A stretch of DNA of 64,000 nucleotides. Source: Anaerolineales bacterium. Its GTDB lineage: Bacteria > Chloroflexota > Anaerolineae > Anaerolineales > UBA6663. The position numbers were made by a program, and so were the translations under genes. The DNA is taken from positions 74,448-138,447 of the forward strand of contig JBGAJV010000006.1 in the NCBI GenBank assembly GCA_044224715.1. The letters run 5' to 3'. Below the pieces are notes generated by a model. That model was given only the letters and a program-made list of their open reading frames with translations, was not told the DNA's origin and made no database searches. This document shows, piece after piece, positions 18,653 through 28,023 of this stretch (positions are counted from its first letter, which is position 1; each line of letters starts with the position of its first letter).

Positions 18653-20640
18653 AGGCGCGTTGGGTCGAGACCAGCTGGAGCCGGCCGCTGGCCGAGGGCG
18701 CGCTCGTCCTGACGCTGGCGCTGTTGGCGCTGGCAGCCGTGATCTGCGTCGCGGCGCAGACGGCCAACATCGGGTTTCCGTACCAGATCGACTATGGCGA
18801 GGCGCCGCTTGTCGATCAGGCGGCGCGACTGGCGTCGGGCGAATCGATCTATCAGCCGGACTTGACCGCGCCGCCGTACACGATCTCCAACTATCCGCCG
18901 TTATACATGGCGACGCTCGCGGCCTTCGTGCCGATCGCGGGTGAGGCGTTCTGGCCGGGACGGCTCGTATCGGCCCTATCGGCGCTTCTGGCGGCCCTGT
19001 TCATCGGTCTGATCGTGTTGGAGGCGACCCGCGATCGCGTGGCCGCGGCGCTGGCCGCGCTGTTCTTGCTCGCCTGGCCGATCGTGGTGCTATGGTCTGG
19101 CCTGGCGCGGATCGATCTGTTGGCCCTGGCCCTGAGCCTGGCTGGCCTTTGGGCGCTCGTGCGTTGGCCCAAGAGCTGGGGCGGCCTGCTCGGCGGCGGC
19201 GCGCTGCTGGTCGCCGCGATCTATACCCGTCAGTCATATGGGCTGGCGGCGCCGGCTGCGGCGTGTCTTTGGATCTGGAGTGTTGCGGGCTTTCGGCGCG
19301 CGCTGATCCTGGGCGGTTTTGTCGCCGCGACAGCGGCCGTCCTCTTCGCCGTGGCTACAGCCTTGACCAGCGGCGGCTTTTACCTGCACATCGTCGCGGC
19401 CAATGTCAACGCTTTCAGCTGGCAGTCCGTGGGCTACCAGGCCCAATACATCTGGGACCTGGGCGGTCTACTGCTGATGCTCGGAGTCGGTTCGCTCGCG
19501 CTGATCCGGCGCTGGAACCCGCTCTACGCGCTCGCTGCCCCGTATTTGATCGGCGCGATGCTTTCGGCGCTGACCATCGGCAAGATCGGCGCGAACGTCA
19601 ACTATCTGCTCGAGCTCTGCGCGGCGCTGGCGTTGGTTGTAGGAGTCGTGGTCGCGGCTGCCCATCGCAGCGGTGTGCTTGGGCCGGCGCGCTTCGGCCT
19701 GTACGCACTTCTGGCCTGGCAGGCGGCCACGCTGTTGGCCGGCACGTTTCTGCGTTTCCCTGGCGAGACACCGCAACGTCTTCGGGAACGAGCGCAGCTG
19801 CGCCAACTTGAACTGCTGGTCGCCGCGACCGATGGGCCGGTGTTGGCCGATGAACAGATGGGCATGGTCACGTTGGCCGGCAAGCGGCTGGCGTTGCAGC
19901 CGTTCGAGATGACGCAGTTGGCCGCCGATGGTCTGTGGGATCAACAGCCGCTGCTCGATCAGATCCGCTCCGGCACGTTCGACCTGATCATCCTCTACGA
20001 CCGACCGTGGTTGAAGGAGCGCTGGACGCCCGAAATGTTCGCCGCGATCGATCAGGCGTATCGGTTGAGCGACGTGATCGCCGACAACCGCGTGTATCGC
20101 CCCTATCGAATCGAACCCTCGGGCGAAGCGACGGCATGCCCGGGCGCGCCCTGGCCGCTGCCGACCGCCGGGGATTTGGGCGTGCGCTGGGAGCAGGGGG
20201 CATTGACGCTCTTCGGACATGGGCTACAAAACAAGGTCGCCGTATCGGCGGTGGACGCTGGCGTCGTGCACCTGTTCTCGGATCGACCGGGCTCGGTCGC
20301 CATCCGCCACGCGGATCCGATCGCTCCGGGGGCGCAGGTCTGGATGGTCATCGATGGCCTGGCCGATGGAGCGGGTGCGGTATCCTTTGTGTCTGACACG
20401 TTTGAGGATGGAGCCACCCTTGCGCCGGGGACCGTGTTGGGTGCGCAGGGCTCCTGGAGCGGCAGACCGCAATTCGCCATGTGGGTCCACGCGCAGATAA
20501 CGCTTGTGCGTGCGACTGCGGCGGGTGACCTGCCTGACCCAATACCAACCGATCAGATCCTGGATCCGGCGCCGTACTTTGGTCTCGATCTGTCTGCCGC
20601 CGGAACCAGCGTACACGCCCTGACGTGCCAACAACCATGA
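18649..20640 (+). CDS. Polytopic membrane protein, GT-C-fold glycosyltransferase-like (ArnT/PMT-like), with a soluble C-terminal region of about 300 aa
   Basis: ATG at 18649 overlaps the MFS stop (ATGA). First loop carries acidic residues (QIDYGEAPL...YPPLY), and there are more than 10 TM segments, as in polyprenyl-phosphate-dependent GT-C enzymes. The upstream part of ORF 18295..20640 overlaps the MFS gene. Confidence 0.6.
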   Translation: MKARWVETSWSRPLAEGALVLTLALLALAAVICVAAQTANIGFPYQIDYGEAPLVDQAARLASGESIYQPDLTAPPYTISNYPPLYMATLAAFVPIAGEAFWPGRLVSALSALLAALFIGLIVLEATRDRVAAALAALFLLAWPIVVLWSGLARIDLLALALSLAGLWALVRWPKSWGGLLGGGALLVAAIYTRQSYGLAAPAAACLWIWSVAGFRRALILGGFVAATAAVLFAVATALTSGGFYLHIVAANVNAFSWQSVGYQAQYIWDLGGLLLMLGVGSLALIRRWNPLYALAAPYLIGAMLSALTIGKIGANVNYLLELCAALALVVGVVVAAAHRSGVLGPARFGLYALLAWQAATLLAGTFLRFPGETPQRLRERAQLRQLELLVAATDGPVLADEQMGMVTLAGKRLALQPFEMTQLAADGLWDQQPLLDQIRSGTFDLIILYDRPWLKERWTPEMFAAIDQAYRLSDVIADNRVYRPYRIEPSGEATACPGAPWPLPTAGDLGVRWEQGALTLFGHGLQNKVAVSAVDAGVVHLFSDRPGSVAIRHADPIAPGAQVWMVIDGLADGAGAVSFVSDTFEDGATLAPGTVLGAQGSWSGRPQFAMWVHAQITLVRATAAGDLPDPIPTDQILDPAPYFGLDLSAAGTSVHALTCQQP

Positions 20641-21641
20641 TCCACGTCGAACACCTTACGAAAGATTATCAGCGCGTCAAGCGGCGCGAAGGCCTGTTTG
20701 GCAGCCTGCGGACACTCGTCCGTGCCGACTACCAGAACATCCGCGCCGTCAACGATATCTCGTTCGACATCGCGGAGGGCGAGCTCGTCGGCTATATCGG
20801 TCCAAACGGCGCCGGAAAATCGACGTCGATCAAGATGCTGTGCGGGATCCTGGTCCCCACCGGCGGACGCATCGAGGTCAACGGCCTTGTGCCGCACAAG
20901 AATCGCATGGCGAACGCGCGTCAGATCGGGGCCGTATTCGGGCAGAAGACCCAGCTTTGGTGGGACGTGCCCGTGATCGAGAGCTTGCGGCTCTTTCGCG
21001 ATATCTACAAGGTCCCTGAGGCCCAGTACCGGCGCAATCTCGACATGTTCCGCGAGTTGCTCGACCTGCATGAATTCCAGGACGCGCCGGTGCGACAACT
21101 CAGCCTCGGGCAGCGCATGCGCGCCGACATGGCCGCCGCCCTGCTGCACAACCCCAGACTGCTCTTCCTCGACGAGCCCATGATCGGCGTCGACGTCGTG
21201 GTCAAGGACAGGCTGCGACATTTCATCCAGCAGGTCAACCGCGACCAGAAGGTCACGGTCATCCTGACGACGCACGACATGGTCGATATCGAGAAGGTCT
21301 GCTCGCGGATCATGATCATCGACCATGGCCAGATCGTCTATGACGGCGGCCTGGACCAGATCCGGCAGCGCTTTGGCACGGTCCGCACCCTGGTGGTCGA
21401 GTTCGAGGAGGAGGTGCCCGACTTCGAGGCCCCGAACGCAACCCTGGCCAAGACCGAGGGTCGGCGCAAGTGGTTCGCGTTCAATCGGGCCGAGACCTCG
21501 CCGTCGGTGCTGATCGCGCACATCAGTTCCCGCTACCCGGTGGCCGACCTGGCCGTCGAGGAGCCCGAGATCGAGGAGATCGTGCGCACGGTCTATCGGG
21601 GCGCCGGCGAGACCGATGCCGGACAGGGAGCCGCGGGATGA
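20637..21641 (+). CDS. ABC transporter ATP-binding protein (ABC-2 exporter type, with C-terminal extension)
   Basis: ATGA overlap with the previous gene. Walker A GPNGAGKST, signature LSLGQRMR, Walker B LLFLDEPMIGVD, plus a tail of about 100 aa. Confidence 0.9.
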   Translation: MIHVEHLTKDYQRVKRREGLFGSLRTLVRADYQNIRAVNDISFDIAEGELVGYIGPNGAGKSTSIKMLCGILVPTGGRIEVNGLVPHKNRMANARQIGAVFGQKTQLWWDVPVIESLRLFRDIYKVPEAQYRRNLDMFRELLDLHEFQDAPVRQLSLGQRMRADMAAALLHNPRLLFLDEPMIGVDVVVKDRLRHFIQQVNRDQKVTVILTTHDMVDIEKVCSRIMIIDHGQIVYDGGLDQIRQRFGTVRTLVVEFEEEVPDFEAPNATLAKTEGRRKWFAFNRAETSPSVLIAHISSRYPVADLAVEEPEIEEIVRTVYRGAGETDAGQGAAG

Positions 21642-22429
21642 GGCTGTTCTGGTCCTTTACACGGCAGGCGTTCCACAACACGGTCGTGTACCGGGTCGAG
21701 TTCTGGATGCGTCTGGTGTCGATCCTGCTGGCGATGTACAGCATCCGCTCGGTCTGGTATGTGCTCTACTCGCAAAAGCCCGGCGCCTTCGGTCTGACTC
21801 TTCCTCAGATGGTCACCTATGGCGTGCTGGGCATGGCGCTGCACGCCTTCATCGACACCGGACCCGAGTGGTACATCGCGACCCAGGTGCGCACCGGCGC
21901 GATCGACACGGATCTGCTCAAGCCGCTCGACTTCCATTTCCACATGCTCGCGCGCCATCTGGGCGACATGCTCTTTGGATTGGGCGTGATGGCGCTGCCG
22001 ACCTACGCGATCGGTTTCTTCGCATTTGGGCTTCAATTGCCTGCCGACGGCGCCGCCGCCGTGTTGTTTGCGCTCAGCCTGTTCCTGGGGTTCCTCGTGC
22101 AGTTCCATCTCGGGTTCCTCCTGGGCTCGATCGCGTTTGCGACGTTAGACATCCGCAGCATCGCCTGGGCGTACTTCGCCTTGATCTCGTTCTTCTCGGG
22201 GCAGATCGTGCCGCTGTGGATGCTGCCCGACCCCGTCCGGGTCGTGGCCGAGATCCTGCCGATGCAGGCCGTGTACTACATCCCGGTATCGATCTACATT
22301 GGGACGTTTTCGGGACTGGCCGCCTGGAGCGCGCTGGGGTTTCAGGCGCTCTGGGCGATCGCTCTGGCGCTGTTGGCGCGTTTCATCTGGCGCGGCGTCC
22401 ACCAACGCCTGATCGTCCAGGGGGGCTGA
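21638..22429 (+). CDS. ABC-2 family transporter permease, subunit 1
   Basis: ATGA overlap with the ATPase gene. Begins MRLFWSFTRQAFHNTVVYRVEFWMRL and has 6 hydrophobic segments. Confidence 0.8.
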   Translation: MRLFWSFTRQAFHNTVVYRVEFWMRLVSILLAMYSIRSVWYVLYSQKPGAFGLTLPQMVTYGVLGMALHAFIDTGPEWYIATQVRTGAIDTDLLKPLDFHFHMLARHLGDMLFGLGVMALPTYAIGFFAFGLQLPADGAAAVLFALSLFLGFLVQFHLGFLLGSIAFATLDIRSIAWAYFALISFFSGQIVPLWMLPDPVRVVAEILPMQAVYYIPVSIYIGTFSGLAAWSALGFQALWAIALALLARFIWRGVHQRLIVQGG

Positions 22430-22431
22430 CC

Positions 22432-23232
22432 GTGAACGCCTTCAGCCTCTACCTGCGACTGGTACGGATCGCGCTGAAATCGCGGCTGCAGTACCGCGCC
22501 GACTTCATCACGGGCGTGATCGGCGTGATCGTGTTGAACGTGGTCAATATCGCGCTGATCGGCATCCTGGTGACGCGCTTCTCGGACCTCAACGGTTGGA
22601 CGGTCTGGGAGGTGGTCTTTCTGTACAGCCTGTGGATCCTCGGCCACAGCCTGTTCAGCATGTTCTTCTGGCACATGCGCACACTCGAAGATTACCTGGT
22701 GCAGGGCACGTTCGACCAGTTTCTACTTCGACCTGCCAGCGCCTTTGTCATGTTCCTGGGTCGGGAAGTGCAGTACCTTGGCGTCGCTGACTTCGCCATC
22801 GGGATCGGCGGCATGAGCCTGGCCTATTCGAATCTGCACCTGAACTGGGCGCCGACACAATGGGCTTTCCTGGTGCTGGCCGTCCTCTCCGGAACGCTGA
22901 TCGAGATGACGATCACGCTCATCATCTCGAGCGTCGCGTTCTGGACCGGGCGGTCGCGACGGGCGAACAGCCTTGTGATGCAGGTCAACGTAATGGTGCA
23001 GTACTACCCCGTCGACATCTTCGGCGCCGTGTTCCGCGTCCTCGTGACCAGCGTGATCCCGGTCGCTTTCATGAACTACTACCCGGCGCTGATGCTGCTC
23101 GGAAAACTCGACCGGATCGGTGATTGGTGGCCGCTGGCGTACATTTCGCCGCTGGTGGCGTTGGCGATGGTGGCGCTGTCGGCCGGCATCTGGCGGCTGG
23201 CGCTGCAGCGATATTCCAGCTCGGGCGGGTGA
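22432..23232 (+). CDS. ABC-2 family transporter permease, subunit 2
   Basis: GTG at 22432, 2 nt after the preceding stop. Begins VNAFSLYLRLVRIALKSRLQYRADFITG and has multiple TM segments. Paralogous in layout to subunit 1. Confidence 0.75.
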   Translation: MNAFSLYLRLVRIALKSRLQYRADFITGVIGVIVLNVVNIALIGILVTRFSDLNGWTVWEVVFLYSLWILGHSLFSMFFWHMRTLEDYLVQGTFDQFLLRPASAFVMFLGREVQYLGVADFAIGIGGMSLAYSNLHLNWAPTQWAFLVLAVLSGTLIEMTITLIISSVAFWTGRSRRANSLVMQVNVMVQYYPVDIFGAVFRVLVTSVIPVAFMNYYPALMLLGKLDRIGDWWPLAYISPLVALAMVALSAGIWRLALQRYSSSGG

Positions 23233-23289
23233 CGGCTCCCGACTTGACCTGGCACGGGCCGCGTGTGTACCTACTTCAAGGAGTGTGTC

Positions 23290-24900
23290 ATGTCCGCAGA
23301 CAGTGCGAAAACCCACTGGTGGCAGACCGGCGTGATCTATCAGATCTACCCGCGCAGTTTTCAGGATAGCAACGGCGACGGCGTCGGCGACCTGGCCGGC
23401 ATCGTGTCGCGGCTCGACTATGCAAAAGACACGTTGGGCGTCGACGCGATCTGGCTCTCGCCGTTCTATCCGTCGCCCATGGCCGACTTCGGCTACGACA
23501 TCTCGGACTACTGCGACGTGGATCCGATCTTCGGCGATCTGGCGACGTTCGATCGCCTCGTCGATGAGGCTCACAAACGCGGCCTCAAAGTGATCATCGA
23601 CTATGTTCCGAACCATACGTCGGACCAGCACGCCTGGTTCGTCGAGTCGCGCGCCTCGCGTGACAACCCGAAGCGCGATTGGTACATTTGGCGAGATCCT
23701 AAGCCCGACGGCAGCCCGCCCAACAATTGGGGCGCCTTCTTTGGCGGTCCGGCCTGGACGCTCGACCCGACGACCGGCCAGTACTATCTGCACCAGTTTG
23801 TAGCGGAGCAGCCCGAGTTGAACTGGCGCAACCCCGACGTCGTCAGGGCCATGTGCGACGTGCTGCGGTTCTGGATGAAGCGCGGCGTGGATGGCTTCCG
23901 CATGGACGTGGTGGGTCTTCTGATCAAGGACGCCGAACTGCGAGACAACCCGCCGAACCCGAATGCACCCGCCGACCTCCCACCAAACGACATCTTCGGA
24001 CGACAGCTTCATGTCTACACCGAGGACCAGGACGAGGTCCACGACCTGATCAAACGGATCCGCGCCACGCTCGACGAGTTCCCGGACCGGGTGGGTATCG
24101 GCGAACTTTGGGGCGAGTTGCCGCGCTGGGTCAGGTACTACGGCGAGAACGGCGATGAACTGCAGTTGCCTTTCAACTTTCGTCTGATCTGGCTGCCGTG
24201 GTCGGCGGAGGCAATGTGCGGCTCGGTCGCCGCGCTCGAGGCCGCCGTGCCGGCCTTCGGCTGGCCAAACTACGTCCTTGGCAACCACGACCAGCCTCGT
24301 CTCGTGACGCGCTATGGCGGGCTCGCCCAGGCGCGAGTCGCCGCGCTCATGCTGCTGACGCTGCGCGGCACGCCGACGTTGTACTACGGCGACGAGATCG
24401 GCCTCGAGAACGGCGTGATCCCGCCGCACAAGATCCAGGACCCGCAAGGCGTCAATCTCGGCGCGCATCGCTCGCGCGACGTGGCGCGGACGCCGATGCA
24501 GTGGGACCCCGGCGCGCAAGGGGGGTTCTCGAGCACCGAGCCCTGGCTCCCGGTCACGGCTGATGTGGCGACACGCAATGTCGCCGCGCAGCTGGCCGAT
24601 CCCGACTCGATCCTCAACCTCTATCGGCGTCTGCTCGCCGTGCGCCGCGCCAGTCGCGCTTTGAAGCTCGGCTCGTATCGGGCTCTGGCGACACCGAGCG
24701 GCGTGTTCGCATACTTGCGCGAAGTCGACGGTGAGCGCGTGGTCGTCGTGCTGAACTTCACCGGAAAACCCGTGCGGGTCGCGCTCCCGGACGTCGGGCG
24801 CGGTCGGATCGCCGTGGCTACCTCGATCGCGCGCACCGGCGACGTCGACCTCGGCACGCTCGAACTCAACGCCCATGAGGGTCTGGTCATCACCCTATGA
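23290..24900 (+). CDS. GH13 alpha-glucosidase / oligo-1,6-glucosidase-like (intracellular), paralog 2
   Basis: [61 protein letters not shown] and LGNHDQPR. Confidence 0.9.
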   Translation: MSADSAKTHWWQTGVIYQIYPRSFQDSNGDGVGDLAGIVSRLDYAKDTLGVDAIWLSPFYPSPMADFGYDISDYCDVDPIFGDLATFDRLVDEAHKRGLKVIIDYVPNHTSDQHAWFVESRASRDNPKRDWYIWRDPKPDGSPPNNWGAFFGGPAWTLDPTTGQYYLHQFVAEQPELNWRNPDVVRAMCDVLRFWMKRGVDGFRMDVVGLLIKDAELRDNPPNPNAPADLPPNDIFGRQLHVYTEDQDEVHDLIKRIRATLDEFPDRVGIGELWGELPRWVRYYGENGDELQLPFNFRLIWLPWSAEAMCGSVAALEAAVPAFGWPNYVLGNHDQPRLVTRYGGLAQARVAALMLLTLRGTPTLYYGDEIGLENGVIPPHKIQDPQGVNLGAHRSRDVARTPMQWDPGAQGGFSSTEPWLPVTADVATRNVAAQLADPDSILNLYRRLLAVRRASRALKLGSYRALATPSGVFAYLREVDGERVVVVLNFTGKPVRVALPDVGRGRIAVATSIARTGDVDLGTLELNAHEGLVITL

Positions 24901-25820
24901 GACTTCTGCGTCATCCCTCGAACCCGCTTCTGCTGCCTGATCCGACGTCGGATTGGGAGACCTACAACGTCTTCAACCCATCGGTCATCCATCACGGCGG
25001 ACTGTTCCACATGCACTATCGCGCCCAGGGGCTGGATTGGATCAGCCGAATCGGGTACGCCGTCAGCGCCGACGGCGTGACGTGGAACCGTCTACGCCGA
25101 CCTGTGCTTGGGCCGATCGACGATCTCGACGCGCGCGGTCTCGAAGATCCGCGTGTCACCGAGATCGACGGCCGGTTCTACATGTGCTACACCGCTTACG
25201 GGTCGCGGTATTTCGGCACGGGCACGCCGACCCACGCCGGCGGCGGCGTCACGCCCATGATCGCCGTCAGCGACAATCTGATCACGTGGGAGCGGGTGGC
25301 GTCGATCGTGCGCGGCGAGGATAACAAGGATCACGTCCTGTTCCCGCGCAAGGTCAACGGTCGGTACGTGGCCTTCCATCGCCGGCCGCCGCAGATCTGG
25401 ATCGCCGAGAGCGAAGACCTGGTGACCTGGCCCGAAGCGCACATGCGCCCGATCTTTGGGCCGCGTCCCGACGGCGCCGACTGGGATGAGAAGCGCGTCG
25501 GCGGCAACGCAGCCCCAATCGAGACCCAGCACGGTTGGTTGATGCTGTACCACGCCTACGACAACAACCATGTGTATCGTCTGGGCGTCTGTCTGCTGGA
25601 TCTCGAGGATCCGACCCGCATCATCCATCGGCCCAAGGACTTCATCCTCGAGCCAAGCGAGTTGTGGGAGCTGCGTGGCGACGTTAAAAACGTCGTCTTC
25701 TCGTGCGCCAACCCGGTCGTCGACGGCCAGGTGTATGTGTACTACGGCGGCGCCGACCATGTCGTCGGCCTGGCCACCTGTACCTTGAGCGACCTCGTGA
25801 CGTTTGCCCGCCAAGGGTGA
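24897..25820 (+). CDS. GH130-family glycoside phosphorylase/hydrolase (beta-mannoside phosphorylase-like)
   Basis: ATGA overlap with the GH13 gene. [42 protein letters not shown] and VYVYYGGAD are typical five-bladed propeller GH130 motifs. Confidence 0.8.
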   Translation: MRLLRHPSNPLLLPDPTSDWETYNVFNPSVIHHGGLFHMHYRAQGLDWISRIGYAVSADGVTWNRLRRPVLGPIDDLDARGLEDPRVTEIDGRFYMCYTAYGSRYFGTGTPTHAGGGVTPMIAVSDNLITWERVASIVRGEDNKDHVLFPRKVNGRYVAFHRRPPQIWIAESEDLVTWPEAHMRPIFGPRPDGADWDEKRVGGNAAPIETQHGWLMLYHAYDNNHVYRLGVCLLDLEDPTRIIHRPKDFILEPSELWELRGDVKNVVFSCANPVVDGQVYVYYGGADHVVGLATCTLSDLVTFARQG

Positions 25821-25827
25821 CGTCGAC

Positions 25828-28023
25828 ATGCCGACCATGAGCGAACTCTGGACTGTGACCGAAACGGCCTTCGAGCCAAAGCAGCAACATCACAAGGAGA
25901 CTGTATTCAACATCGGGAACGGGTATCTCTCCACGCGTGGGACCTTCGAAGAGGGCTTCCCGCGAGAGCATCGTGCCACCTTCCTCCACGGCGTTTTTGA
26001 CGCCGTGCCGCTGGTCGTGACCGAGTTGGCCAACGCGCCCGACTGGGTCTCGCTGGTCGTCTTCCTCGGCGGCGAGCGGTTTTCGCTCGACACGGGCGTC
26101 GTGGAGGCCTATGAGCGTCGGCTCGACCTGCGCACGGGTCTCCTCACCCGCGCGGTGCGCTGGCGCTCGCCGGCCGGGCTTGTGGCGACGCTCACGTTCG
26201 AACGCTTCACGTCGTTGGCCGACGAACACCTGGCGTACGTGCGCTGCACCGTGGTCCCCGAATTCGCGGGCGAGGTCGAGTTTCGCGGCGCCCTCCTCGG
26301 CTCGCCCGACAATGAGGGTTTCGCGCACTGGCTGCGGGTTGGGCAGGGCGCTCAGGCTGCGTCCGACGGCGGCGCGCCGATCGCCGTGCTGCAGGCCCGA
26401 ACGCGCTCGTCGGGCATCGAGTGGGCCGCGGCGATGCGCCTGGTCGGCACAGCCGGTCGTCGCCTGACCGCGGCCTATTGGGACGCCGACAACGCCCCGA
26501 CCCTGGTGGCGCGTTACAAAGCCGTGCCCGGCAAGCCCGTCCAGGTCGAGAAGCGGGTGGCGCAGTACACGTCCCGCGACAGCGACGCCGACGACGTACC
26601 GGCGGCAGCGAAGGCGAAGGTCGCTGCCGCGCCCGGCTGGCGCGAGGCGCTCGCCGACAGTGCACGGGTCTGGGAAGGCGAGTGGGCGCGCACCGACGTC
26701 GTCATCGAGGGCGATGATGAAGCCCAGATCGCGATGCGTTTCAACCTGTTTCAGATGCTCGTCGCCGCTCCCCGGCACGACGACCGCGTCAACATCGGCG
26801 CCAAGACCCTGTCCGGTTTCGGGTATCGCGGCCACGCGTTCTGGGACACCGAGATCTTCATGCTGCCGCTGTTCACCTACACGGCGCCGCATATCGCCCG
26901 CAATCTGCTGAACTACCGTCATCGCAACCTGCCGGCCGCCCGCGCCAAAGCGCGCGGCAACGGGGTCGAAGGCGCGCAGTTCCCGTGGGAGAGCGCCGAC
27001 ACCGGCGAGGAAGTGACGCCTTCCTGGCTGCCGCACTTCGCCGACCGGAACAAGCTCGTGCGGATCTGGACCGGCGACATCGAGATCCATATTTCGAGCG
27101 ACATCGCCTACGCCGCGCACCAGTATTGGCTTGTCACCGGCGACGACGCCTGGTTCGCCGAAAAGGGCGCCGAGCTCGTCCTGGACACCGCGAAGTTCTG
27201 GGCCGCGCGCGCCGAATGGAACGCCGAAGAGGAGCGCTACGAGTATCGCGACGTGATCGGGCCGGACGAATACCACGAACACGTCGACAACAACGCGTAC
27301 ACCAATCGGTTCGCTCAATGGAACCTCGAGACCGCGTTCGCCGTGCTCGACTGGCTGCGCGCGCATGCGCCGGACCGGGCGGCGGCTCTTTCGGCTCAAC
27401 TGGATCTAGGCCCCGAACGGCTGGCGCACTGGCGCGACGTGATCGATCGCATGCACCTCCACGTCGGCGAGGGCGGCCTGATCGAACAGTTCGACGGCTA
27501 CTTCAGGCGTCAGGACGTCGACCTCGTGGCGCTGGAACCACGCACGCGCTCGGTCCAGGAGATCTTCGGCATCGAAGGCTGCAACGAAACCCAGATCCTC
27601 AAGCAGCCCGACGTGCTGATGATGCAATTCCTGCTGCGCGATCACTACACCGACGCCCAGATCCGGGCTAACTACGCTTATTACAACCCGCGGACAGATC
27701 ACACGTTCGGGTCGTCGCTTGGACCGTCGATCCAGGCGATCGTGGCCTGCATGATGGGTGATCCGGACGGCGCCTACGAGCACTTCATCCGCGCGGCGCG
27801 GGCCGACCTGCGCGATGTCCGGGGCAACGCCCGCGACGGCATCCATGGCGCGTCGGCGGCCGGAACCTGGCAGGCCGTCGTCTTCGGGTTCGGCGGCCTG
27901 CACGTCGGACCCGACGGCTGGACCGTGTCTCCGCGTCTGCCGAAGGGCTGGACTCGGCTGGCCTTTACGTTCTGCTATCGAGGTCAACAACACCACGTCG
28001 ACCTGCGCCCGGAGGTGGCATGA
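25828..28023 (+). CDS. GH65 glycoside phosphorylase, paralog 2
   Basis: NIGNGYLSTRG, FPWESADTGEE, VIGPDEYHEHVDNNAYTN and HTFGSSLGPS. By eye it is clearly homologous along its full length to the product of 628..2802. Confidence 0.85.
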   Translation: MPTMSELWTVTETAFEPKQQHHKETVFNIGNGYLSTRGTFEEGFPREHRATFLHGVFDAVPLVVTELANAPDWVSLVVFLGGERFSLDTGVVEAYERRLDLRTGLLTRAVRWRSPAGLVATLTFERFTSLADEHLAYVRCTVVPEFAGEVEFRGALLGSPDNEGFAHWLRVGQGAQAASDGGAPIAVLQARTRSSGIEWAAAMRLVGTAGRRLTAAYWDADNAPTLVARYKAVPGKPVQVEKRVAQYTSRDSDADDVPAAAKAKVAAAPGWREALADSARVWEGEWARTDVVIEGDDEAQIAMRFNLFQMLVAAPRHDDRVNIGAKTLSGFGYRGHAFWDTEIFMLPLFTYTAPHIARNLLNYRHRNLPAARAKARGNGVEGAQFPWESADTGEEVTPSWLPHFADRNKLVRIWTGDIEIHISSDIAYAAHQYWLVTGDDAWFAEKGAELVLDTAKFWAARAEWNAEEERYEYRDVIGPDEYHEHVDNNAYTNRFAQWNLETAFAVLDWLRAHAPDRAAALSAQLDLGPERLAHWRDVIDRMHLHVGEGGLIEQFDGYFRRQDVDLVALEPRTRSVQEIFGIEGCNETQILKQPDVLMMQFLLRDHYTDAQIRANYAYYNPRTDHTFGSSLGPSIQAIVACMMGDPDGAYEHFIRAARADLRDVRGNARDGIHGASAAGTWQAVVFGFGGLHVGPDGWTVSPRLPKGWTRLAFTFCYRGQQHHVDLRPEVA

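Noticed and set aside
23244-23273. Promoter-like TTGACC-18 nt-TACCTA upstream of the second GH13 gene.
   Set aside because: The predicted transcription start would fall inside or after the AAGGAG ribosome-binding site at 23277-23282. The -10 box is also poor.
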